Shown here: in pieces, positions 17,471 to 26,101 of the stretch | Layout: each line of letters begins with the position of its first letter | Numbering within the stretch: the stretch's first letter is position 1 | DNA from: Pseudomonadota bacterium | Lineage (GTDB): Bacteria > Desulfobacterota > Desulfobulbia > Desulfobulbales > SURF-16 | DNA length: 64,000 bases | NCBI GenBank assembly: GCA_018897105.1 | Contig: JAHILF010000106.1 | Location: 56,357 to 120,356 of the forward strand | Reading direction: 5' to 3' | Notes under the pieces: model-generated | Told to the model about the DNA's origin: nothing | Database searches by the model: none | What the model saw: only the letters and a program-made list of their open reading frames with translations | Translations under genes and position numbers: made by a program

Positions 17471-19348
17471 ATGAATGGAGGAAATGCAGTCCCTGATCCG
17501 GACTGGCAGAACTGTTACCGCGACATGATTGCCAGCCCCAGAAAGGCTGTGTCCCATGTGAAGCATGGGCAGCGGGTGTTTATTGGCACCGGCTGCGGTG
17601 AACCGGTGGAACTGGTCAAGGCTTTGACAGACAGGGCGGGCGAACTGGCGGATGTGGAGATTATCCACCTGATCACCAAAGGTGACGCCCCCTATGCCTG
17701 CAAACGTCTGGCCGATTGTTTTTCCGTCAACAGTTTCTTTATCGGCGCCAATGTGCGCGATCATATTCAGGAAGGGCTGGGTCATTACACCCCCATACTG
17801 CTGTCTGATATTCCCGGGATCTTCAGTTCCGGCCAGATTCCCCTGGATGTTGTCCTGATTCAGGTTAGCCCGCCCGACGTCCGGGGAAAGGTCAGCCTGG
17901 GGGTGTCCGTTGATATCGTCAAGAGCGCGGCGGAAAACGGCTCGCTGGTCATCGCCCAGGTAAATCCCCTGATGCCCAGAACTCTGGGAGACTCGCTGCT
18001 CGATGTCAATGATCTCGACATTCTGGTACCCCTTGCCACCCCTCTTATCGAAAGACAATCCAGCCCGCCGAACGAAGTGACCAGAAAGATAGGCAGCTAT
18101 ATAGCTTCGCTGGTGGAGGATGGCTCCACAGTGGAATTCGGCATCGGCTCCATTCCCCAGGCCCTGGTGGAATTTCTCAAGGACAAGCAGGACCTGGGCA
18201 TCCATACGGAAATGCTGAGCGATGGTATTATTGATCTGATTGAATCAGGCGCAGTTACCGGCAGGAGGAAAACCATGGATGCCGGCAAAATCACCACCAG
18301 CTTCTGCATGGGCACGCAAAGGCTCTATGACTATGTGGACAACAACCCGTTCTTCTGCTTCCGTCCCACCGAATATGTCAATGACCCTTATATCATCGGC
18401 AGGCAGCATAAGATGGTAGCCATTAATATGGCCCTGGAAATTGACCTCACCGGCCAGGTCTGTGCCGACTCCCTGGGCTCGAAGTTCTACTCGGGCATCG
18501 GCGGCCAGGTTGATTTCAACCGTGGTGCTTCGCATTCCAAAGGGGGAAAGGCCATTATCGCCCTGCCGTCCACGGCACAGAATGACACGGTTTCCCGCAT
18601 CGTGACCCGCCTGGCCACCGGCGGCGGGGTCGTCACCTCCCGCGGAGAGGTGCATTATATCATTACCGAATACGGCATCGCCTATCTGCATGGCAAAAGC
18701 GTGCAGGAGCGGTGCCTGGCGCTGATCAGCATCGCCCATCCCCGTTTCCGGGAACAGCTGCTGAAAGAGGCCATTGAGGCAAAATACATCCGTCAGGAAA
18801 TGTCTGATGTGGAAGGCCATTTCATGGTGGCCTCCCAGGAGATAAAGACTTCGGTGCTGCTTGATGACGGAACCCCGATCAATTTCCGCCACGTCCATCC
18901 CACCGATCTGCCGGCCATGCGTGATCTTCTTTACGCCCTTTCCCAGGAAACGATCTATTATCGGTTCATGACGCACTTCAAACGTTTTGCCCTCAGCCAG
19001 ATCAAGAATTTTGTCTACGTGGACCACCGCAAGGATGTGGCCATCGTGGCAACGGTTCCCGAAGCCCATGGGGAGGAAATCATCGCCATTGGCCGCTACT
19101 ATCTTGATGAGCTGACCAACCGGGCCGAGGTGGCCTTTGTGATTCACGATCAGTGGCAGAACCGCCATATCGGCTCGTTTCTGTTCAAGTATCTGGCGGC
19201 ATTGGCCAAGCGCAGCGGCATTGCCGGGTTTACCGCGGAGGTGCTGCTGGAAAACAAACGGATGCAGGCCATATTCAACAATTCCACTTTTAAGGTGGAA
19301 AGTCTGCGAGAAGATGATGTTTACCGGTTTAAAATCGAATTCAATTAG
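17471..19348 (+). CDS. Acetyl-CoA hydrolase/transferase family domain fused to a C-terminal GNAT acetyltransferase
   Basis: The N-terminal 430 aa are CoA-transferase-like (GTGCGEP, HTEMLSDG, GIGGQVDF). The C-terminal GNAT has VIHDQWQNRHIGSFLFKYLAALAKRSG (Q/RxxGxG/A-type acetyl-CoA loop). Confidence 0.85.
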   Translation: MNGGNAVPDPDWQNCYRDMIASPRKAVSHVKHGQRVFIGTGCGEPVELVKALTDRAGELADVEIIHLITKGDAPYACKRLADCFSVNSFFIGANVRDHIQEGLGHYTPILLSDIPGIFSSGQIPLDVVLIQVSPPDVRGKVSLGVSVDIVKSAAENGSLVIAQVNPLMPRTLGDSLLDVNDLDILVPLATPLIERQSSPPNEVTRKIGSYIASLVEDGSTVEFGIGSIPQALVEFLKDKQDLGIHTEMLSDGIIDLIESGAVTGRRKTMDAGKITTSFCMGTQRLYDYVDNNPFFCFRPTEYVNDPYIIGRQHKMVAINMALEIDLTGQVCADSLGSKFYSGIGGQVDFNRGASHSKGGKAIIALPSTAQNDTVSRIVTRLATGGGVVTSRGEVHYIITEYGIAYLHGKSVQERCLALISIAHPRFREQLLKEAIEAKYIRQEMSDVEGHFMVASQEIKTSVLLDDGTPINFRHVHPTDLPAMRDLLYALSQETIYYRFMTHFKRFALSQIKNFVYVDHRKDVAIVATVPEAHGEEIIAIGRYYLDELTNRAEVAFVIHDQWQNRHIGSFLFKYLAALAKRSGIAGFTAEVLLENKRMQAIFNNSTFKVESLREDDVYRFKIEFN

Positions 19349-19505
19349 TCCGTTGCGCCTGAGACCCAAATATATCCCAGCCCACCGCCATTGCCGCCGC
19401 CATGCCTGATTTTTTTTGCAGGCCCTTTCCTCCGGCTTGCTTCTTCAGTGGTAAAGTGTCATGATCAAAACGTAATTCTGTCCAATTCATTAGGTGCGCA
19501 TTGCG

Positions 19506-20975
19506 ATGAAAAATACATCACCGCTGAAAATATTCGTTATATTGACCCTGTTGATCGGCCTGATCGAGCAGGGATTGATGTATTTTCTGAGTATGGAAAT
19601 AGTTTCCCTGCATCCATTTTTTGTGGGCATGCTCGATTCCTTTCTCCTCATCCTGATCCTGTTTCCCTTTCTGTATCTGTTCGGTTACCGGCCTTTTGCC
19701 AAAAACATGGGCAAGCTTTCCCGGGCAAAGGAAAGGGCGGAGGAGGCCCATGACCGCCTCCTGTCAGTGCTGGACAGCATTGATGCCATTATCTACGTTG
19801 CCGATATGCAGACCTACGAGCTGCTTTTTGTCAACCAGTATACCCGGCAGATATTCGGTGACATTACCGGAAAGATTTGCTGGCAGACGCTGCAGGTGGG
19901 CCAGCCCGGTCCGTGCCCTTTCTGCACCAATGACCGACTGGTCAATGCCGCCGGTGCCCCGCAGATGTACAGGTGGGAATTCCAGAATACCGTTAACGGT
20001 CGCTGGTATGATATCCGTGATCGGGCCATCCGCTGGATTGACGGCAGACTGGTGCGCATGGAAATTGCCATGGACATCACCAGCCGGAAAAAATCGGAGG
20101 AGCAGATCAAACAGCAGAATATTTTTATGCACAACGTGCTTGAATCGTTACCCTATCCTTTTTATGTGGTGAACACGGACACGTACGAGATTGAACTGTC
20201 AAACAGCATTGCTCAGCAACTGGGAATCAGCAAGGGGAGAAAATGTTATACGGCAACCCTTGATGCAAAAGTTCCCTGTCATTCGGAACAGCACCAGTGT
20301 CCCTTGAATCTTGTTAAAAAGCTTAGGGAGCCGGTCATCGAGGAGCATGTTCACAAGGATGAAGCAGGCAATGACAAGTACGTGGAAATTCACGGCTACC
20401 CCATTGCTGCTGAAAACGGCAGGATTAGCCGGATGATTGAGTATCAGATCAATATCACGGAGCGGAAAAAAAACGAAGAGGCCCTGCGCCGGATATCCGT
20501 TACCGATGAAATGACCAAACTTTATAACCGGCGCGGATTTCTTATGCTGGCTGAAAAGCAGATCAAGATCGCAGACCGTATGCCGGGCGAGCTTTTTGTA
20601 CTTTATGCAGACTGTGACAAGCTCAAATGGATTAACGATACACTGGGGCATAAGACCGGGGATCAGCTTATCATGGAAACGGCGGAGGTGTTGAAAAACA
20701 CCTTTCGCCAGGCGGATATCATCGGCCGGCTGGGTGGCGATGAATTTGTGGTGGTCATGGTGGATGAATCCGGCAAGGAAAGCGTCAATACGGTCAAAGA
20801 GAGGCTGGCAAGCGCCATCGTGAAGAGAAATGAGTTGCCGGACCGCACCTATGTCCTTTCCATAAGCTACGGGATTGTCTGTTACGATAAGAACAATCCC
20901 TGTTCCATGGAGCAATTGCTCTCAAAAGCGGATCATATCATGTATAAGGTCAAAAAAGAGCAGTGGAGTAAATAG
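19506..20975 (+). CDS. Membrane sensor diguanylate cyclase (TM, two PAS-like domains, GGDEF)
   Basis: The N-terminus has TM helices. Two PAS-like modules end in MEIAMDITSRKKSEE and YQINITERKKNEE. The GGDEF domain has RLGGDEFVVVM. The ATG at 19506 is preferred. Confidence 0.85.
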   Translation: MKNTSPLKIFVILTLLIGLIEQGLMYFLSMEIVSLHPFFVGMLDSFLLILILFPFLYLFGYRPFAKNMGKLSRAKERAEEAHDRLLSVLDSIDAIIYVADMQTYELLFVNQYTRQIFGDITGKICWQTLQVGQPGPCPFCTNDRLVNAAGAPQMYRWEFQNTVNGRWYDIRDRAIRWIDGRLVRMEIAMDITSRKKSEEQIKQQNIFMHNVLESLPYPFYVVNTDTYEIELSNSIAQQLGISKGRKCYTATLDAKVPCHSEQHQCPLNLVKKLREPVIEEHVHKDEAGNDKYVEIHGYPIAAENGRISRMIEYQINITERKKNEEALRRISVTDEMTKLYNRRGFLMLAEKQIKIADRMPGELFVLYADCDKLKWINDTLGHKTGDQLIMETAEVLKNTFRQADIIGRLGGDEFVVVMVDESGKESVNTVKERLASAIVKRNELPDRTYVLSISYGIVCYDKNNPCSMEQLLSKADHIMYKVKKEQWSK

Positions 20976-21385
20976 TCAGTAGTTGATTGATCTCTTTTCA
21001 GCTGATGCAGGCGGTTTGCAATGCCCTTGATCAGTCTTGTGGAAAAGAAAAAAAGTTAGGGGACATTTGCCCCCACGCCACGGACCTGAAGAGTTGCCCT
21101 CGAATTTATCCCTCATCCTGCACGTGCTCAGCATCCTCCCCCCCTGGTTCGGTGCTTTTTTTATCCTGTTTGCGTTGTTGTTTTTGTTCTTTCTTTTTTT
21201 TCTTTAATAGTTCTTTCTGGCGTTTATCAAATGAATAATTGTTTCTTGCCAATGGGATACCTTTCAGTTGAATTTATATCATAGGATGACTTTAATATAA
21301 TAAATGATTGAGACCAGTCAGGGTTGCAATAAGTCGCAGAAGAATTTGTTTTGCCCGTGGCCGAATCAGGAAAGGTGATGGTTCT

Positions 21386-21613
21386 CTAATTTTCGCCTAC
21401 CTGCTCCTCAATCCCCGCATGACACATTGCACATTCCATGTTGTCACTGATACATTTATCAATCAGTCGCCAGTTGCCGTCAAAACTCTGGCCTGCATGC
21501 TTTTTACGGCAGTGTTCACAAACCCATATTTCTTCCGGTTTTCCTTTGCTGCTGATTACAACATATTGAAACATTTTCATCTGTATATTCCAAGTGAAAT
21601 GAAAAAGAAACAA
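21386..21613 (-). CDS. Hypothetical small zinc-ribbon protein
   Basis: Paired CxxC motifs are present (VCEHCRKK ... ECAMCHAG). It lies in an AT-rich spacer. The start is uncertain (possibly the Met at 21580) and the RBS is weak. Confidence 0.35.
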   Translation of the reverse strand: MFLFHFTWNIQMKMFQYVVISSKGKPEEIWVCEHCRKKHAGQSFDGNWRLIDKCISDNMECAMCHAGIEEQVGEN

Positions 21614-21760
21614 GAAGGAGTTCTTTTGTCTTATTTATTGTTTAATGAAATCGGGGGAAAATGATTTCATGCGGATCAGGCTTTATAAAATGTCGATTAC
21701 CGTGTTGTTCCGGTACGGCCGGAGACTTTCTACGGGTAGATAAGGTTTTGACGGTTTTGC

Positions 21761-21791
21761 AAAAAAAAACCCCGCATTGAGCGGGGTTTTT
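21761..21791 (-). terminator. Rho-independent terminator downstream of the cold-shock gene (bidirectional shape)
   Basis: CCCCGC (21770-21775), loop ATTGA, then GCGGGG (21781-21786). It is flanked by an A9 run on one side and a T5 run on the other. Read on the minus strand, a long U-run follows the stem. Confidence 0.75.
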
Positions 21792-21812
21792 GTAATGGTC
21801 AATTACAGAGGC

Positions 21813-22013
21813 TTACTGCTGGATAACATTCTCTGCAGCCGGACCTTTGGGGCCGTCGACAACATTAAATGTTACACGGGCGCCTTCTGTAAGAGATTTG
21901 AATCCCTGGGCCTGGATTGCGGAATGATGAACGAAAACGTCCTTGCCGCCATCCTGCTCAATAAAACCAAAACCCTTAGCATCATTAAACCATTTAACTG
22001 TACCTTCTGCCAT
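21813..22013 (-). CDS. Cold-shock protein, CspA family
   Basis: [33 protein letters not shown] contains the RNP1 (KGFGFI) and RNP2 (VFVHH) motifs. The protein is 66 aa. Confidence 0.95.
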   Translation of the reverse strand: MAEGTVKWFNDAKGFGFIEQDGGKDVFVHHSAIQAQGFKSLTEGARVTFNVVDGPKGPAAENVIQQ

Positions 22014-22318
22014 TTTGTACTACTCCTTAAAAACAGGGTTCCGCTTGAGAACCACTTTATAAATTGTCCAATTTACCAGCGGGCAAATCGGTTGGCAGCT
22101 TGTTTGTTCAAACAAAAAAAAACGCACTTCCTCTCTGCAAGGATTGTGCGGTTATTTTTTTTAGTATTTTTTATTTACTACAAACATGTACTGCACACTT
22201 TCAAGATACATATTACACAGCCTGACTGCAAAAAGCTATATATTTATTTTGCCCATGCAAATAAGATCGGTTAGCGCAAATTTTAGCCATGGGCCGTCGC
22301 CCTCCTTTGGCCGGCAAT

Positions 22319-24262
22319 TCATGTGGCCCTCTGTTGTATGATGGGCAGCAGAATGGTGAATGCCGTACCTTTCCCCGGACTGCTTTCCACCTCAATCCTG
22401 CCGCCATGTCTTTTAATGATGCCGTAACTGACGGACAACCCGAGGCCAGTACCCTTGACGGCCGGCTTGGTGGAGAAAAAAGGTTCGAATATCCTGTCCA
22501 TATCATCCGGTGCGATGCCGACCCCGGTGTCGGCAATATGAATGGCGATCTGGTCGCGCTGTTTTTCCGTGGTGATCGTAATCCCTCCCCCCTCTGCCGG
22601 CATGGAGGCTCCGGCATTGTTGAGCATGTTCAATATGACCTGTTTGATCTGATCAGCAATGGCCTGAATGGGCGGCAGATCTCCGGCAAAATATTTTTTC
22701 ACCTTGATTTTTTTCTGGCTGAAATCTTTTTTGACCAGCAATAGCATGTCCTCGATTGCTTCATGCACATCAAGGGTCGCCATGAGGCCGGAGGTTGGCC
22801 GGTTGAAACTCTGCAGGTCCTGGGTCAGTTTGGCGACCCGATCACATTCCTTGATGGCCAGATTCACCAATTCTCTGTTCTTTTCAGCCAGCGTCAGCCG
22901 TTTTCTCAGTCCATCGAGCACGTTGCGGATACCGAAAATAGGGTTGTTGAACTCATGGGCGATGGAGGCGGCCAGCTTGCCGATGGCGCTCAGTTTTTCC
23001 GCATGCAGCAGCTGATTATATGTTTTTTCCAGGGCTTCGCTCCGTTCCGCCACTCTTTCTTCCAGTTTGTCATGGGCCTCCTGCAGGTTTTCTTCGGCAT
23101 ATTTCCGTTCGCTAATCTCAATCTGCAGCCGGCGGTTCGTCTCGGTCAGCTCCGCCGTACGTTGTGAAACAGTGGCTTCCAGACTTGTCTTGTGCTGCTG
23201 CAGCTCTTTTTCCACATTTTTACGGATTTCGATTTCCTCAGTCAGAAAATCATGGATTTTTATCAGGCGTTTCTCCATCCGGCTGATGTGAAAATAGAAA
23301 AGAAGAAACAGGATACCGAGCACGGCCATGCAGACAATGACCAGAATAGTTGAGACCTGCTGTTTGTCGACATCGTCGGTGAAATCCTTGATGGCGATTA
23401 TTTCGCCGATTTCCTCTCCGCTCGCTACCTTAAGTGGGCTGAATCCTCCCCGGTATTTTTTATTCCCCTGGGTGATTTTGAAGATGAGATTTTCTTTTTC
23501 CCCATGGGGCATATTAATGTAGTTAGTGATCTCTTGAGGGACAAAGTCCATTGTTCTGCCGATAATGACATGACGGGGCATCTCCTCCCAACGGCCCTGG
23601 CGACCGGATATTTTTAGTCCTTCTTCCCACATTTGCCTGTTCAAATGGCGGATGTTGACCAGAAAGAAGAAATCGTAACCAAGGATTTCCTTCATGGCCG
23701 GGATAATGTATTCAACCTCCCTGCCCAGTTCGATGTAGCCGATCAATTTGTTGTTTACCACCCAGGGGTGGACAACCCGAAGGGTCAATGTGCCGAATGG
23801 CCCGAGCTCGATGCCGTAGGAGACCGCCTCTGCTTCAGCAACCTTTTTCAAAGTGTAGCGGTCAATGAAATCACCATGGCTTGATGGTTTGTGCACCCGC
23901 AGGAAGCAGGTTTTGTCCAGATTATGAAAGTAGAAGTGAGTAATATGATGGCGGTTCTCAATGTTGCGGAAAATGGATTTGGTGTTTGCATAGAGCAGCT
24001 GTCGGTCCTTGTCAAGAAAGGCTTGATAGACCTTGGGGTCGTCCATGACGAAATCAATGAAGGTATTTAAGTGTTCCGCTTCATTGCGCAGCGTGGTTTT
24101 AAAGAGTTGCTGAACGCTGTTTAACTGTTGGTGGACGTTCTGATCAAACTGATAACGCTGCAGCCAGTATGCCCCGGAAATGGAAAAGGCAAGTAGAAAC
24201 AGCAGGGCAAAGGCCAGGGGCAGGAGAATGGCTTTGCGAATGTGAATGGTAGAACTTCTCAT
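22319..24262 (-). CDS. Sensor histidine kinase with a large periplasmic sensor domain
   Basis: Two TM helices flank a periplasmic domain of about 270 aa, followed by a coiled coil. The H-box is SIAHEFNNPI. ATPase boxes are LNNAGASM, DTGVGI and GTGLGLSVS. Confidence 0.9.
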   Translation of the reverse strand: MRSSTIHIRKAILLPLAFALLFLLAFSISGAYWLQRYQFDQNVHQQLNSVQQLFKTTLRNEAEHLNTFIDFVMDDPKVYQAFLDKDRQLLYANTKSIFRNIENRHHITHFYFHNLDKTCFLRVHKPSSHGDFIDRYTLKKVAEAEAVSYGIELGPFGTLTLRVVHPWVVNNKLIGYIELGREVEYIIPAMKEILGYDFFFLVNIRHLNRQMWEEGLKISGRQGRWEEMPRHVIIGRTMDFVPQEITNYINMPHGEKENLIFKITQGNKKYRGGFSPLKVASGEEIGEIIAIKDFTDDVDKQQVSTILVIVCMAVLGILFLLFYFHISRMEKRLIKIHDFLTEEIEIRKNVEKELQQHKTSLEATVSQRTAELTETNRRLQIEISERKYAEENLQEAHDKLEERVAERSEALEKTYNQLLHAEKLSAIGKLAASIAHEFNNPIFGIRNVLDGLRKRLTLAEKNRELVNLAIKECDRVAKLTQDLQSFNRPTSGLMATLDVHEAIEDMLLLVKKDFSQKKIKVKKYFAGDLPPIQAIADQIKQVILNMLNNAGASMPAEGGGITITTEKQRDQIAIHIADTGVGIAPDDMDRIFEPFFSTKPAVKGTGLGLSVSYGIIKRHGGRIEVESSPGKGTAFTILLPIIQQRAT

Positions 24263-24579
24263 AACTTTTATTGTTGTTCCCCAGAGATCTGCTCAGCAAT
24301 ATCGGGCGAACAGTGCTTTGGGCCTGCGGATAATGGGCCCGGCGAAAAAACTGCTGATTTTTTTTTTGGTAATAAAAATGATAGATATTTACCATGTATC
24401 AACAAGAAGGAGTATTTTTTTTAAGTTTTTCCCGAAAATCGGCTAGAGAACGGGGCTCGGATTCTGCAGATGCAGGGCTAGGCAGAAATAAATGATAAGC
24501 CGCCGGAGACTTCTCCTGGATCGGGAGGCTGGACGTTGAAGTAGTTGAAAATAATAACATGGTCATTCGGGAAACTAAA

Positions 24580-24642
24580 ACTGCATAAGGAGCCGTAAAG
24601 GAACGGTCAGAATTGTACAAGTTGTTTCGTAACGGCTCCTAA
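24580..24642 (+). repeat. 63-nt hairpin repeat, copy C
   Basis: ACTGCATAAGGAGCCGTAAAGGAA...TTTCGTAACGGCTCCTAA. The arms AGGAGCCGT and ACGGCTCCT are complementary. Relative to copy B, a G-to-A change in the left arm is matched by a C-to-T change in the right arm. Confidence 0.65.
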
Positions 24643-24684
24643 GCCGCGGTAGGAAAATATCCAGCCGGTTAATTACTGTGGCAA

Positions 24685-25857
24685 TCAGGATTTCTGGGTT
24701 AATCTCTGCTGAACCGCCTCCATCAGTTCGTGGGCTTTTTCGAAATCAGGATAGAGACGGAGGGTTTTTTTTAGATAGGATTCGGCATCATCATATTGTT
24801 TCTGCAGAAAGAGCAGGCTGGAGAGGTTATAGTTGACAACCTTGTGCTGGGGGTCAAGCTTCAGGCAGCTCATATAAAAGTACTTTGCCTTGTCAAAGTC
24901 TTTATTTTTTCTGGAACGCAGACCGAGCTTGTTTAAGAAATGGATTGTTTTTTCGATATTGTCGTCCTGGATTTTCTTGCCGAAGAGGAGATCTGCCTCA
25001 TCAACAAGCCCGGCCTCAATATAACCATCCAGCACCTCCTTGATCTGATCGGCATTGTTCTTGGCGAGTTGCTGGGCCTCATCCAGATGTTGCTGTGCCC
25101 GGTCGATATCACCGGTTCGTGTGCAGGCCCGGGCAAGGCCGATATGGATGTCAAAGGTATCCGGCATGATGTCGGTTACCTTCTGCAGGTAGTAGGCAAG
25201 ATTGACATAGTCCTCGTTGGCTTGGTATATTTCCGCCAGGGCAAGCAGGGCGCTGATAAACTGTTCTTCAATGACCAGAGATTTCTTGAAATTCAGTTCG
25301 GCATTTTTTCCGTTGCCGAGCTGCTGGTAGATCAAGCCGAGATAATAATAGGGCAGGGCGCTGTCGATGCGGGCCTTACTCGCCGCTTCAAAACTCTCCA
25401 GTGCCTTGTCGTATTCCATGTTTAAGAACAAATATTTGCCGTTGCTGATCGCCTTGTCGTATTCGGTAGGGTATCGCCTGTGGGCAACGACCTTTTTCAC
25501 CAGGTCATCCAGTTGGTTGATGTTTGGCGGCTTAATCAGGTAGTAATCCACCTCTGCCTGCACGCTGCGCATGAAATCTCCCCGCTTATCAGCGCCGGTG
25601 ATCATGATAAAGGGAAGGTCATAGAATCGCCTGGTCTGGCGTATGAGGCGAAGAAGTTCGATGCCGTTCATTTCCGGCATCAGGTAATCGCAGAGAACAA
25701 CATCAATATCTCCTTCCTGTATTCTGTCCCAGGCCTTCAGTCCATTGACCGCGGTGGCATAATTATGGTAGCCCAGTTCGATAAGCATGGATTCAAGCAT
25801 TTTACGCATGGACTGGTTGTCTTCAACGATGAGGATATTGCTGGTCTTGTTCTTCAT
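24685..25857 (-). CDS. Response regulator receiver domain fused to TPR repeats
   Basis: The N-terminal REC has ILIVEDNQ, DVVLCDYLMPEMNG and ITG. The C-terminal roughly 250 aa contain multiple TPR-like repeats (YYYLGLIYQQLGN, LAEIYQANEDY). Confidence 0.9.
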   Translation of the reverse strand: MKNKTSNILIVEDNQSMRKMLESMLIELGYHNYATAVNGLKAWDRIQEGDIDVVLCDYLMPEMNGIELLRLIRQTRRFYDLPFIMITGADKRGDFMRSVQAEVDYYLIKPPNINQLDDLVKKVVAHRRYPTEYDKAISNGKYLFLNMEYDKALESFEAASKARIDSALPYYYLGLIYQQLGNGKNAELNFKKSLVIEEQFISALLALAEIYQANEDYVNLAYYLQKVTDIMPDTFDIHIGLARACTRTGDIDRAQQHLDEAQQLAKNNADQIKEVLDGYIEAGLVDEADLLFGKKIQDDNIEKTIHFLNKLGLRSRKNKDFDKAKYFYMSCLKLDPQHKVVNYNLSSLLFLQKQYDDAESYLKKTLRLYPDFEKAHELMEAVQQRLTQKS

Positions 25858-26101
25858 GCCGGATTAGTCCTTCACTGTTTTTTCTGCAATCATCATAACT
25901 AAATATAATGACGATATTGCCCGTGATGCGCAAGAGAAAAAAATCGAGTTTGCGGGCCGACCGGGCGAGAAAATGGCAAATTTACGAGGTGGATATTGCG
26001 TTCCTCTATGGATTAGGCTTATAAATGAAAGCATAAGAAAAATCGTGATTACCTCCTCCCCTTGCCGACTGAATGTTGCCGGCAGACCAGGCCACCGGAA
26101 A

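Noticed and set aside
21308-21664. A 118-aa plus-strand ORF overlaps the small zinc-ribbon ORF.
   Set aside because: It starts with a non-ATG codon in an AT-rich spacer and has no motif. The minus-strand ORF at least has paired CxxC motifs. Neither is strongly supported.
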